From positions 19,360 to 83,359 of the IMG/VR virus record IMGVR_UViG_3300037502_002960: DNA of 64,000 nucleotides; one strand, 5' to 3'. Both the position numbers and the translations under genes were made by a program. Below, in pieces: positions 18,766 through 30,116 of the stretch (positions are counted from its first letter, which is position 1; every line of letters begins with the position of its first letter). Under the pieces are notes generated by a model, which was given only the letters and a program-made list of their open reading frames with translations, did no database searches and had not been told where the DNA came from. Source of the stretch: a virus.

Positions 18766-19785
18766 ATGATATCTGTGGAAGAAAAAGTTGTCCAGTTTAA
18801 TTCAGATAACGATAAAAATGTTTTTGGTTGTATAGAAACTTTTTTAAAGAGGGTTTCGCAAAATAGTGAAAATACAAGAGTGTCATATGAAAGAGCCATT
18901 AGAGAATTTTTCAAAACAATGAGAAATAAAAGTATTGAGGATTTAGTAGAAAAAGATTTAATTTTTACAAAACCTCAAATTGAAAGATACCAAACAAATC
19001 TAAGAGATAAGGTTAAATCTACAACTGTAAACAATAAAATATCTGCTATTAAAAAATGTTATACAAAACTCGAAGACTATGGATTTGATGTAAAGGCAAG
19101 CTGGTTTAATGTTGAAAGGTATAATGAGTTTGATAAAGAATCTTATGATGCACTGACTCATCAAGAAGTTGTAGACATTATTAATTATATTTCTACAACG
19201 AGAAAAGGTATAGAAAAATCCCTTTTAATTAGAATGGCGTATGCAACAGCATTTAGAAAGCAATCCCTACTAGATTTAAAATGGTCAGACCTAGAAAATA
19301 TCGATGGTCAATGGTTTATAAAAACTTTGGGTAAAGGTAATAAATGGGATTATAAAAAAATATCTGATGAGCTGTATAAAGATTTGATTGAAATGAAAGA
19401 TAATATGAAAAAAGATAGAGAGAATATTTTTGAGATAACAGTGAAAACACTAAACAGAATGATGAATCAAGTTAGAGATAATTTTGATTTTGGTTCAAGG
19501 AATATTGTTTTTCACTCATTCAAAAAATCTAGCATTAAAGAGGTTGCTCTATTAACAAATTATGATTTAAAAGCTATGCAAAGACAAGGTAATCATTCAA
19601 ATATTTCAACGACATTAAATGACTATATGTCTGAAAAATCTATGGATGAACTTGTAGTGGTTGACACTAATTCAAAAATAGACCTATCTGTTTTTGACAG
19701 TATGTCTAAAGAGGATTTGTTAAATATGATTAAATCTTCTGATAGAACAACTCAAATAAAACTTTTAAATACTATGAAATCTTAG
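18766..19785 (+). CDS. Tyrosine recombinase/integrase-family protein
   Basis: SAM-like N-terminus, TAFR, GKGNK, HSFK (HxxR with R>K), GNH...Y. Confidence 0.8.
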   Translation: MISVEEKVVQFNSDNDKNVFGCIETFLKRVSQNSENTRVSYERAIREFFKTMRNKSIEDLVEKDLIFTKPQIERYQTNLRDKVKSTTVNNKISAIKKCYTKLEDYGFDVKASWFNVERYNEFDKESYDALTHQEVVDIINYISTTRKGIEKSLLIRMAYATAFRKQSLLDLKWSDLENIDGQWFIKTLGKGNKWDYKKISDELYKDLIEMKDNMKKDRENIFEITVKTLNRMMNQVRDNFDFGSRNIVFHSFKKSSIKEVALLTNYDLKAMQRQGNHSNISTTLNDYMSEKSMDELVVVDTNSKIDLSVFDSMSKEDLLNMIKSSDRTTQIKLLNTMKS

Positions 19786-19794
19786 AATTTTTTG

Positions 19795-19823
19795 TTGACA
19801 GGCAAAAATAATAATGATATAAT
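19795..19823 (+). promoter_or_regulatory. Sigma-A promoter
   Basis: TTGACA-17-TATAAT with TG. Confidence 0.7.
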
Positions 19824-19854
19824 AGTATTAAAATAAAAGGGGCGGTGAAAGTTA

Positions 19855-22077
19855 TTGGATAAACATGAAATTAAAGTAAAACCAACCAGACAACTATTTT
19901 TTAATGATGATTCAATGTTTGGCATATTTGCCTGTAATGTTATAGGTGGAGATGAAAACATAGAACTGAATGATTACTATAATATCAGTGTGAAAGGCAA
20001 TATGCCTAAATTAGAAATCAATAATGAATATACTATGGTTGTTGAAAAAGACAGTAGAAGTAATTACAAAGGTAGCTACGCTCTAATTGAACTAAAGAAG
20101 GATAAACCAATTGAAATATCTGAGCAAAAAAGCTTTTTAGAGGCTCTATTGACAGAAAAGCAGGTTGAGAATATTTACAGCTTCTATAAAGAGACTGATG
20201 ATGTTATTGGTATGATTGAAAAAGACACTTTTGATTATGACCAAGTTAAAGGAATTGGTGAAAAAACAGTAGAAAAAATCAAAGAAAAAATTAAGTCAAA
20301 TATGGGTCTAAGTGACCTGTTAATCTTTGCAACGAAATATGGCATATCTAACAAGATGATAGCAAACCTTATAAGAAACAATGACCCATATTATGTTATG
20401 GAACAAATCAAAAAGAATGTTTATTTCCTAACAAAGTTTGATGGATTTGGGTTTTTGAAAGCCGATGAAATAGCAAAAAATATTGGTTTTGATATGTCAT
20501 CAATTGAGCGTATTAATGCTTGTGTTGAATATGTTATTTCAGAGGAAGTTTCAAGTGGTAATTCTTGGATTCAAGACAAAGATTTAATTAATAAAGTTGT
20601 TGATTTAACAGACTTGTCAAGAGATTGGATTATAAAAAATCTTGATGAAATAAAGGTTAAAAACGAATATATTGTGCTTGATAAAGATAGATATGCAAAA
20701 AAATCAGTCTATGAGGCAGAAAAATACGTAGCTGAAAGATTAAAAGGTATCTGTCAGAAACAAGAAGAGAAAATTGTTAGAAACAATATTTTCACAGATG
20801 ATGAGATAAAAAATTACCTTGATGAATACTGTAAAGAAAATAATGTAAAACTTGACCAAAAACAAATTGAATTCTTTTATGAATTCAATAATAATAATGT
20901 TATGGCTCTTATTGGTAACGCAGGTATGGGTAAATCATTCTTGATTGGAATTTTAATTAATTTGATTGAGAAGAAAGAAGGAATTAGTTATTCTCTTATG
21001 ACCCCAACAGGTAAGAGCGCAAAAGTTTTGAGCGGATACACAAAAAGAGAAGCAAAAACAATACACAGAGAAATAGGTTATGGTCACGGGAGTGAAAATT
21101 CAGAATATAAAAACCCTGTAAACAATGACATTATAGTTGTTGACGAGGTTTCAATGTGTGATGTGTTTTTAATGAAAAACCTATTAAGTGCTATCACAAA
21201 AAACGATGCAAAAATTCTTTTTGTTGGTGACGATGAACAGTTACCGTCAGTTTCTGTTGGTAGATTTATGTATGATATGATTGAGAGTGGTGTTGTGCCT
21301 GTCTTAAGATTAAGAAAAGTGTTTAGACAAAGTGAAGGCGGAATGCTTGATATTGCCACTAAGACAAGACAAGGAATTTCTTTCTTAGGAAATTATGATA
21401 GTGGGAGAAAGGTCTTTGGTAAAGATTGTGTGTTTTGGTTGGTAGACCAAGAGCACATGAAGAGTGGCTTGATATACAATTATAAAAATGTTATCAAAAA
21501 ATTTGACCCCAAAGATGTATTGATTCTAACACCAACAAACAAGGGTAATCTAGGCACTGTTGAATTAAACAAAGAAATTCAGTCTATAGTTAATCCTCCT
21601 GCACAAAATAAAAAAGAGTTTAAGGTTGGTAAAAAAGAAGACCCTAAAATCTATCGTGTTGGTGATATGGTGATGAACTTATCAAATAAATATGACATTG
21701 AAACTGAAAGTGGTATCGCAGATATATTCAACGGTGACACTGGTGAAATATTAGATATTAATCTAGAAGAAAAAGTTATGATTATATTAATAGACGGAAT
21801 GAAAGTTTTATTTCCTTTGTCAGATGTTTATAATGATTTATCTCATGCTTGGGCAACAACCATACATAAATCACAAGGTAGTGGATATGATGTTGTTATT
21901 TCTGTAATTGATAAGTCATCTACATTCCAGTTAAATAAAAATTTACTTTATACTGGTTTGACTCGTGCTAAAAAATACAAACTAGTATTAACACAACCAT
22001 ATACCTTCAATAGTGCGTTGAAAAAATCCTCAAGCCTAGATAGAAAAAGTTTTTTAAAAGAGTTTTTAACAAATTAG
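19855..22077 (+). CDS. recD2: RecD2-like SF1B helicase
   Basis: HhH (VKGIGEK), GNAGMGKS, PTGKSA, VDEVSM, GDDEQLPSV, FRQ, TIHKSQGS, LYTGLTRA. Confidence 0.92.
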   Translation: MDKHEIKVKPTRQLFFNDDSMFGIFACNVIGGDENIELNDYYNISVKGNMPKLEINNEYTMVVEKDSRSNYKGSYALIELKKDKPIEISEQKSFLEALLTEKQVENIYSFYKETDDVIGMIEKDTFDYDQVKGIGEKTVEKIKEKIKSNMGLSDLLIFATKYGISNKMIANLIRNNDPYYVMEQIKKNVYFLTKFDGFGFLKADEIAKNIGFDMSSIERINACVEYVISEEVSSGNSWIQDKDLINKVVDLTDLSRDWIIKNLDEIKVKNEYIVLDKDRYAKKSVYEAEKYVAERLKGICQKQEEKIVRNNIFTDDEIKNYLDEYCKENNVKLDQKQIEFFYEFNNNNVMALIGNAGMGKSFLIGILINLIEKKEGISYSLMTPTGKSAKVLSGYTKREAKTIHREIGYGHGSENSEYKNPVNNDIIVVDEVSMCDVFLMKNLLSAITKNDAKILFVGDDEQLPSVSVGRFMYDMIESGVVPVLRLRKVFRQSEGGMLDIATKTRQGISFLGNYDSGRKVFGKDCVFWLVDQEHMKSGLIYNYKNVIKKFDPKDVLILTPTNKGNLGTVELNKEIQSIVNPPAQNKKEFKVGKKEDPKIYRVGDMVMNLSNKYDIETESGIADIFNGDTGEILDINLEEKVMIILIDGMKVLFPLSDVYNDLSHAWATTIHKSQGSGYDVVISVIDKSSTFQLNKNLLYTGLTRAKKYKLVLTQPYTFNSALKKSSSLDRKSFLKEFLTN

Positions 22078-22143
22078 TTAAAAGCTCTTGACAAAAACAA
22101 AAAATAATGATATAATATATTTATATAAATTAGGAGGTATTCT

Positions 22144-23076
22144 ATGGTAAAACCAATTGTATATGATATTAAAAATGATAATGCTGGTATTTTTGACAGC
22201 ATTGTATTCAAAGATGGTGAGTTTTATGTTTTAGCCAATTTTCAAGGTGGCTTAAACTATGTAAAAGAATCTGAGACAAATATTATTGAACCAATTTTTA
22301 TAGACCATCCAAAAGTAGGAAACGTTTATAATGGTGATATTTTCAAAGATGATGAAGAAAACCCAGTATTCTCTATTGAGTTTAGCGAATTAGATGATAC
22401 AAAATTAAAGTTAGTGGAATATCTTAATAATGGTGGAAAAGATGAAACAGACATTGATAAAGATACTGCTGTAGAAATTATTAGTGGAGGTAAATTACTA
22501 GGAAACATTTATTTAAAAGACAATCCAGAAAGTTACTTGAAAGAGATTAACAGTGTTTATACACCTAATTTTAAAATTAAAGTTGTTAAGCACGGGAAAG
22601 AGATTATGTATGCTTGCAATAATGTACGAGACGAAGTAATTGATTTAATTTCTGTTTCATTTATTGGTTTTGACATGGTTGATGAACAATACGTCCGTAT
22701 TACATACGACCACAATGAATATCAACAGTTAGTTGAAAAGGATTTTATTAAAGATTTAACAGATGCTGAAGCTTTTGGGGAATTGGAGAAAATTCTTTAC
22801 GGAGATACAAGCAAAGGGTGTGATTCTGAAGAAGATTTATGCTCTGATATTTATATTGATGATAGTAATGGGGTAAAAGGTTTTGACTCTTTTACTGGCA
22901 AATTTGAGATTGATGGAGAAGATGTAGCAACTTTTGATTTTTCAAATATGTCAATCGATGCTGATAAAATTACAATCACTTCTGATGAAGTCTTAACAGT
23001 TGGAAACAGTAAGCCTAAAAAATGTGAAAAATGTCTCAGAGAATATAAAAATTGCATGTGTGATTTATGGGACTAA
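22144..23076 (+). CDS. Hypothetical protein with YopX-like N-terminal domain
   Basis: VYNGDIF...LLGNIY..NPE pattern; own sigma-A promoter 22088-22116. Confidence 0.5.
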   Translation: MVKPIVYDIKNDNAGIFDSIVFKDGEFYVLANFQGGLNYVKESETNIIEPIFIDHPKVGNVYNGDIFKDDEENPVFSIEFSELDDTKLKLVEYLNNGGKDETDIDKDTAVEIISGGKLLGNIYLKDNPESYLKEINSVYTPNFKIKVVKHGKEIMYACNNVRDEVIDLISVSFIGFDMVDEQYVRITYDHNEYQQLVEKDFIKDLTDAEAFGELEKILYGDTSKGCDSEEDLCSDIYIDDSNGVKGFDSFTGKFEIDGEDVATFDFSNMSIDADKITITSDEVLTVGNSKPKKCEKCLREYKNCMCDLWD

Positions 23077-23087
23077 AGGAGGATAAT

Positions 23088-23333
23088 ATGAATAATACAC
23101 AAGAGTTTTTTGATGCGGTACAGTCATTTACAGAATCTTACGATGGTACAGAATTAGTTGTTAGAGTTAAAAATGGTGAGCCAATTAGTTTGTTTTTATC
23201 TATTGACCACTTTGGAACGATGAAAGTAGAGCCAACATTAGAGGGTCTATCTGAAATCAATGATAAAATGGTGCATATTGAAAAAGATGTTAACAAAATT
23301 AAAAAAGCAATGAAAGATGCTAAAAATTTATAA
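23088..23333 (+). CDS. Hypothetical protein
   Basis: AGGAGG RBS before ATG at 23088. Confidence 0.55.
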   Translation: MNNTQEFFDAVQSFTESYDGTELVVRVKNGEPISLFLSIDHFGTMKVEPTLEGLSEINDKMVHIEKDVNKIKKAMKDAKNL

Positions 23334-23391
23334 ACAGTAAAATTAGCCTACTAATATAGTAGGCTAAAAGTCTTACAAAAGAGGTGGTATT

Positions 23392-23796
23392 TTGTCAGAA
23401 TTAAAAGTTGGAAGTTATGTTGTTGTTAATAACCCTAGTTGTTTGAATTATGGTTTAAAAGGTTTTGTTACAGAAGTATTTGAAGATTATGTGTATCCTG
23501 TGAATATAGAGTTTGATGATGAGTCAAAAGAAGATAACAAGTATAGAGAAAGCGAGAATTTATACCTATTATCTGAAGTAAAAGTTTTGCAAGATGCAGA
23601 TTCTGCAGATTCTGAAGAGTCGGAACAAGGCAAAAAAGCGCCTAATATTTATGAAAGAATTGACTATATTATAAAAGAGATAGCAAACCTTGATACAAAA
23701 ATCGAGAATAAAGCATATGCAGTTAAAAACCTAAAAAGTGCTCAGAATTGGCTTTACAGAGAAGAGTTTTTTAAGGATGTAGAAGATGAACAATAA
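23392..23796 (+). CDS. Hypothetical protein (SH3/KOW-like N-terminus)
   Basis: LKVGSYVVV..GLKGFVTEV pattern, GAGGTG RBS. Confidence 0.5.
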   Translation: MSELKVGSYVVVNNPSCLNYGLKGFVTEVFEDYVYPVNIEFDDESKEDNKYRESENLYLLSEVKVLQDADSADSEESEQGKKAPNIYERIDYIIKEIANLDTKIENKAYAVKNLKSAQNWLYREEFFKDVEDEQ

Positions 23797-24139
23797 AGAA
23801 GATAAAAAGTTTAAAAAGTCTATAAAAAAAATATCAAAAAATCCAACAATTAACTATAAAGTATGGGAAATGTTTGTGGACATAGGTTTTTATAAATATG
23901 TTATGTCATTAACAGATAGCTCAGAAGACCTAGATACAGTTATATCTTTTATTGAAAGAGTTTTTGACACAGTAGATGTAAATAAAACTATTGAACTAGC
24001 TAAAAAAATAGAAGATATGAATGAAGATGAGATTGTAAGTGAGTCTTTCAAACATGTTCCAGACAAAGATTTGTCTAGATACATTATGTTATTAGAGTAT
24101 ATGTCTATGAAAATAGGTGAAAGAAATGAAAACAGCTAA
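23786..24139 (+). CDS. Hypothetical protein
   Basis: 117 aa, coupled. Confidence 0.55.
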   Translation: MNNKEDKKFKKSIKKISKNPTINYKVWEMFVDIGFYKYVMSLTDSSEDLDTVISFIERVFDTVDVNKTIELAKKIEDMNEDEIVSESFKHVPDKDLSRYIMLLEYMSMKIGERNENS

Positions 24140-24254
24140 AACATTATATAGAAGAATAGTGATATTTTTATCTAAATTCATTTAAGGCAGATTAGTTAAT
24201 TAATCTGTCTTTTTCTATTGACAAAAATAAAAAATAATGCTATAATATAAATAG

Positions 24255-25077
<823 letters not shown>

Positions 25078-25093
<16 letters not shown>

Positions 25094-25659
25094 TGGAATA
25101 TATTACTTCTGATTTACATTTTGGTCATAAAAATATTTGTGGCGAGAACGGTTTTTGTACAACAAGAAAACATTTTAAAGATGTTGATGAGATGAATGAA
25201 GCAATTATTGAAAACTGGAATAAAAAGGTTAATAAAAATGATAAGGTTTATGTATTAGGTGATTTATGTATGAACATGAAACCAAATGACCTCTTTGAAA
25301 CTATGAATCAGTTAAAAGGTGAGATTTGGTTGGTTAAAGGAAACCATGATAATAATAGAATCTTTAAAGCATTAGTTAATGGAAATCCAGAAAAGTTTAA
25401 ACTAATTCCTATGGGGGATATTGTAAAAAGAAATGGAATTCAATATTATTTGACACACTATCCGCAAGGTTTAGGTGAAAAAAGACGTAAAATTAGAAAC
25501 TTATGCGGACACATTCACGAAGAAATTGCTAGAGACCCTAATGTTATGAACGTTGGTATTGATTCACCAGAGATTGATACAAAGAACTTTGGTGAACCAG
25601 TTGAGTTACAACATGCAATGGATTTATTGGATGAAAAGTTTAAAAAATCTATTGAATAA
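25078..25659 (+). CDS. Calcineurin-like phosphoesterase
   Basis: SDLHFGH, LGD, GNHD, THYP, GHIH, NVGID; start probably at 25093. Confidence 0.85.
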
Positions 25660-25676
25660 ACAAGGAGTGTAAAGTT

Positions 25677-25841
25677 TTGGAAAATTTTAAAATTAAATAT
25701 TATAGATTACTAGAAGATTGGGCAGATTTAAAGTCTGATTATAAAGATACAGTCGAGGCTCTAAAGGAAACTGAACAAATCTTAAATGATTATGAAGAAG
25801 CTTTTTATTTTAATGAATTTTCAGAAAAAGATAATGAGTAG
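25677..25841 (+). CDS. Small hypothetical protein (54 aa, not in ORF track)
   Basis: AAGGAG RBS, TTG start, open frame to TAG. Confidence 0.5.
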   Translation: MENFKIKYYRLLEDWADLKSDYKDTVEALKETEQILNDYEEAFYFNEFSEKDNE

Positions 25842-25844
25842 ATT

Positions 25845-26024
25845 ATGATTATTATTGATGGAAAAGAGTATAAAAAGTTTAATGAAATAGTTGATTTTTT
25901 CGAGAAAAAGTATGATTTTTCGTGTATTTATTGGAAAAATGCAGTAAAAACAGGTGACTTTCATACAATTTTTGATTTTTTAGTTAAAAATGGAGTAAAA
26001 GAGAATATTGAATTAAAATATTGA
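25845..26024 (+). CDS. Small hypothetical protein (59 aa, not in ORF track)
   Basis: ATG 3 nt after previous stop, open frame. Confidence 0.45.
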   Translation: MIIIDGKEYKKFNEIVDFFEKKYDFSCIYWKNAVKTGDFHTIFDFLVKNGVKENIELKY

Positions 26025-26063
26025 GTTAAAATAGGGTTAAAAATAAATTAATAGGAGAATAAT

Positions 26064-26483
26064 ATGAAATATAAAGAATTTAAAAATATTTTACCAAACT
26101 ATGTGTTTAAGTTAGAATATTTGGCAAATCAAAATATCATTGTTGTTTCTGACGCTACTAATACGGGTTTAACTTATGGTGTAGTAGGGACAAATAATAT
26201 GTATGACGTTAGAACCTATAATTTACACAGGTTGTATAAAGATTATGCAGAAATTCTTTACTCAGCATTGGTTAAACTTGCAGAGACACCTGTTGGTGAG
26301 CGTGGCAATTGGGAAACACTATACTATATTAAATATCCTTTTGTCAATTCGGATGAAGTTGTGTACGCTGGTAAAGGCGATGACCTAGTTTATAAAAAAG
26401 AGTATGCAAGTAAATTCACATATGATGAAGTTAAAAATAAAAGAAGCGAGTTATTACCGTTTTTAGTTGAAGCTTTAGGTTAA
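26064..26483 (+). CDS. Hypothetical phage protein
   Basis: 139 aa, AGGAG RBS. Confidence 0.6.
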   Translation: MKYKEFKNILPNYVFKLEYLANQNIIVVSDATNTGLTYGVVGTNNMYDVRTYNLHRLYKDYAEILYSALVKLAETPVGERGNWETLYYIKYPFVNSDEVVYAGKGDDLVYKKEYASKFTYDEVKNKRSELLPFLVEALG

Positions 26484-26497
26484 TCTTTATAAAAAGG

Positions 26498-27013
26498 TTG
26501 GTGAAATTATTGGGAAAAATTGATAAAGAGGCAAGATTGAAGAATTTAGATAATGAAATTGTTGATTTATTAAATAGTGTTGGTGAGGTTGACATATATC
26601 AAAGCGGTTATAAAAAGGGAATTTATGATACACTAGATATTGTAAGAATATATATTAATAAAGAGTTAGAATTAATTAAAGACACCCAAAGAAATTTTGG
26701 TGTAGGTCAAACTGTTTGGGTACAAAATATCAAGTTTAATGGAGAAGATAGTGATGGATTGGCTCTTTTAGATGCTTTAGAGTGTGTTGTTGTTGAAAGT
26801 GACGATGAAACAGCTAAAATCCAGAGAGTAGAGAATAGTAATATGGAATTTGATGTTTATCAAAAGACAGGCTATTTAGTTAATATGCCTGGTATCAAGG
26901 TGTGGTCAGACATTAATGATTTTAGAAAATTTAAAGAATACTATAAAGAATACTTTAAGGCACAAAAACTTTTAAAAGAAGCAAAGGACTCCATAGATAA
27001 ATTAATAAAATAA
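26498..27013 (+). CDS. Hypothetical phage protein
   Basis: 171 aa. Confidence 0.55.
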   Translation: MVKLLGKIDKEARLKNLDNEIVDLLNSVGEVDIYQSGYKKGIYDTLDIVRIYINKELELIKDTQRNFGVGQTVWVQNIKFNGEDSDGLALLDALECVVVESDDETAKIQRVENSNMEFDVYQKTGYLVNMPGIKVWSDINDFRKFKEYYKEYFKAQKLLKEAKDSIDKLIK

Positions 27014-27030
27014 TAATCGAGGTGAAAATA

Positions 27031-27201
27031 TTGTCAAAAGGTAACGGGTTTATAAGTAGAATTTTATGTAAACATAAGAGAATAAAGGTTGAAAAGGTCA
27101 AGTCAATGTTTAAAAATACTTATATGGAGCATTATGTATGCGAAAAGTGTGGCAAACACATTAAAACAGTATATAAGGATAAGAAGAAAGAAACAGATTA
27201 A
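27031..27201 (+). CDS. Small Cys/His Zn-ribbon prophage protein (56 aa, not in track)
   Basis: GAGGTG RBS; LCKH...CEKCG. Confidence 0.5.
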   Translation: MSKGNGFISRILCKHKRIKVEKVKSMFKNTYMEHYVCEKCGKHIKTVYKDKKKETD

Positions 27202-27291
27202 GGATAACCATATTGGTTATCCTTTTTATATTGACTTTTGTATGTTTTTGTGGTATAATTGAGTTAGGTAAAATATATAAAAACTAAGGAG

Positions 27292-27516
27292 ATGTTTAAG
27301 ATGGAAGAAAAAGAAAATGCTGTTGTTTATAAAACTGATGAAGGAAAAGGTTTATTTGTGCCAGAGGGTAAGAGTGGTTTGATTTTGGACGATATTGATA
27401 AAAAATTGGATAAAGTTGATGAGGATATACTTGAAATGCGTAAAACATTAGAGAAAATGCTATTAAAAACAGACAATCTTTTATCAAAATTAGAGTATAA
27501 AGCTGGTGATGAGTAA
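27292..27516 (+). CDS. Hypothetical coiled-coil protein
   Basis: 74 aa; promoter 27231-27259. Confidence 0.5.
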   Translation: MFKMEEKENAVVYKTDEGKGLFVPEGKSGLILDDIDKKLDKVDEDILEMRKTLEKMLLKTDNLLSKLEYKAGDE

Positions 27517-28258
27517 TATGTGTAATGGTTATAATTGTATAGATAAGAATGGTGTCAGACAAGAAACAGTTGATTTGAATTTAAATGTTAAAATTAAGAA
27601 AGATTTAAAGGATACAGAGGTAGTTTGCAGTGAGTGTAAAGGGCTTGGTATTGTAATTTCTGATAATAATTATACTGTCATTGATGATTTTAATAATTTA
27701 TCTAACTACAAAAACCCTAGCTTAATCTTCTGTACAAGCTGTTATAACGGTGTCCAAAATAAGTGTGAACACTGTGGTAAGGTAAACGGAAGAAGTAAGA
27801 TGTGTAGCTGTGATGGCTATAAGAAAGAGTTGTCAGAAAAGATAGAAAAACGTGAACAGGATAAATGGGACAAGGCTGAAAAATTTAATGTTGTTGATTT
27901 GAGAGATAGTGGTTATGACAACATGGTTTATTTAAATGATTATGATGATTATTTTGATGACATTGATAGTTTAATTGATTACTTACATGATGAGATTGAG
28001 GATGGGCAAACTAGTAAAGAAGATGTAACAGATATGAAAGTTTATTTTACAAAAAAGATTGGTGTAAATCTTGATGCTCATAGTATTATGGAATATGCTT
28101 GTGAAGAATTGCATGAGGATGCATTTGAAAGAATTGATAAGTTAGATTTATTACAGGATGAATTAGATATTTTTGTTGAAAAATATTGTAGTGGTGCTAC
28201 TACATACATACCAGATTATAGCAAGGCTGTTGTTTTAAAATATTATGATTTAATTTAA
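27506..28258 (+). CDS. Cys-rich Zn-finger protein
   Basis: CSECKGLG, CTSCYNG, CEHCG. Confidence 0.55.
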   Translation: MMSNMCNGYNCIDKNGVRQETVDLNLNVKIKKDLKDTEVVCSECKGLGIVISDNNYTVIDDFNNLSNYKNPSLIFCTSCYNGVQNKCEHCGKVNGRSKMCSCDGYKKELSEKIEKREQDKWDKAEKFNVVDLRDSGYDNMVYLNDYDDYFDDIDSLIDYLHDEIEDGQTSKEDVTDMKVYFTKKIGVNLDAHSIMEYACEELHEDAFERIDKLDLLQDELDIFVEKYCSGATTYIPDYSKAVVLKYYDLI

Positions 28259-28295
28259 AAATGAAAACACGAGGTGAAAATATGGAGGTAAAAAT

Positions 28296-28760
28296 ATGAA
28301 AGAAAACGTTAAAAACGATACAAGTAGGATAGGATTCAAAGAGCTTAGTGAATTACTTGGTGAAAGTAAGGATAAGATTATGGATTCTGAATACTTAGAT
28401 AGGTTAAGGGATGTCTTACATGATGAGGTTGTGGGTAAAGAAGAAGAAAGTATTAGGATTTATAAACTTATTGAGAAAGCAAAAGACGATTTGACTAATA
28501 GGGGTTTAGAATATTCTTATATTTGGTATAACTTATTTTTCTATGGTGCTGGAATTCATGGAAAAATGGGTATTGGTGAAAAAAGAGAAACTTTTAGACA
28601 AGATAGTGAGATGTCTAGGTTAATGTGGATGCAGTGGTTAGCTAGTGGGTATGTTAGTATATATGAAAAAGGTGAGATGCATATGCTTAATGCATGGGTT
28701 AATGTTGCTGACGAACAGTTAAAAGAGTTTGGGAAATTGTATAGATATATGCTTGAGTAG
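28296..28760 (+). CDS. Hypothetical protein
   Basis: 154 aa, GGAGG RBS; followed by hairpin and U tract (28768-28801). Confidence 0.6.
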   Translation: MKENVKNDTSRIGFKELSELLGESKDKIMDSEYLDRLRDVLHDEVVGKEEESIRIYKLIEKAKDDLTNRGLEYSYIWYNLFFYGAGIHGKMGIGEKRETFRQDSEMSRLMWMQWLASGYVSIYEKGEMHMLNAWVNVADEQLKEFGKLYRYMLE

Positions 28761-28809
28761 TTAATGTGAGTCTCAGTTTTTATACTGAGGCTTATTTTTT
28801 TGGTCAATT

Positions 28810-30060
28810 TTAATATAGGTATGGTGGTTTGGGTAGTGATTTATTTGAAAAGTAAAAAATATACCCCCTCCCATGCGTGAATCTGGGTATATGTAAATTT
28901 TGTGGCACTATATGTAGATTGAGTATTTTTTAATGACCGTACATATTGAGGATATTTAGTAATTTTTGGGTGACATTATAGTGTTTAAAAGGGCTAGAAA
29001 CGTTGGTGTTAAAGGATTTTTGGTAGTTGGTGGTGGTGATATTATGGTCAAGTTATGGTTTGGGTGAAAATTTTCAATCGTATGGAAGAGATTTTAGGGG
29101 TGGGAAATTATATAATATGGAAGATTAGGTTGGGTTAAGGTTGGATTGGGGTGAGAGGTTGTGAAAGGCTGATGTAGATAGGGTTTGAGGGTGTTTTAGG
29201 TGTGGATAAACAGGTGGATTTAGGGTTTTTTTATGTAGATTTAGGGTGGATTTAAGGTTAATGTGGAGTGATTTTGAGGTTGTATTTTTGCGTGGACGAG
29301 GTTTGATTATGGGTGATTGGGTGTGTTATGGAGGTGATTTAGGGTGATGGATGTTGACAAGAGATTGAGATAATAGGGTTAATAGAGGGGATTTTAGACG
29401 ATGTTGAAAAAAGAGTGGGAAATGGGTTTTACGGATGGAAAAGGGTGTAAATGGGTGAGATTGGGGTGGGATATGGAGAAAATGGGATAGAGGTGAAAAT
29501 GAACACGGAGTGTGGGAGTTGGAGTGCTATACACATTTTGAGAACTGGATTGGAAGAAAATGGTAAAAAACTACCCCTATAAGGTACGTTATAGGGACTC
29601 CCACCTGGTAGAATATGGCAGGGATAAATGGAAAATTGTGGTAACCTTGATTGGAAGATTACGGTATTTTACTGTAAGATTATACCAAAGTTTATATCTG
29701 TAAAATATGGTAAACCTTCCCACAATCGCCACCTATTGTTAACACGGCTTGTTTGGTCTTAGACTTCCAACTACCCTTAGTAACCTCCCTTCCCTCTCTC
29801 ACTAAATAACTTATAGTAACCTACTTACTTTTTGTAACCAACCTGAACCAACCCCACAACCTCCAACCCTAAAAAAAGGACCAATTCACCACCTACCAAT
29901 TTTACCAAAAATTCCCAAACTAAAAAATCCTGATCCCCTGATCCCTACTCTCTCAGACCCTCACCAAGTGAAACGAACAATACAACTATACATCTTTTAA
30001 TGTTTCATTCTCTCTAATCGCCTTCTAGCAACATCACCAGGACAACCAACCAACCAGCCT
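28810..30060. other. Non-coding region with abrupt G/T to C/A strand-skew switch
   Basis: G+T-rich to about 29690, C+A-rich afterwards; no ORFs. Confidence 0.7.
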
Positions 30061-30116
30061 ATATAACTAAGCATATAAAAAAACCTAGCGACCATAGTCA
30101 CCAGGTTTTCATCTTA

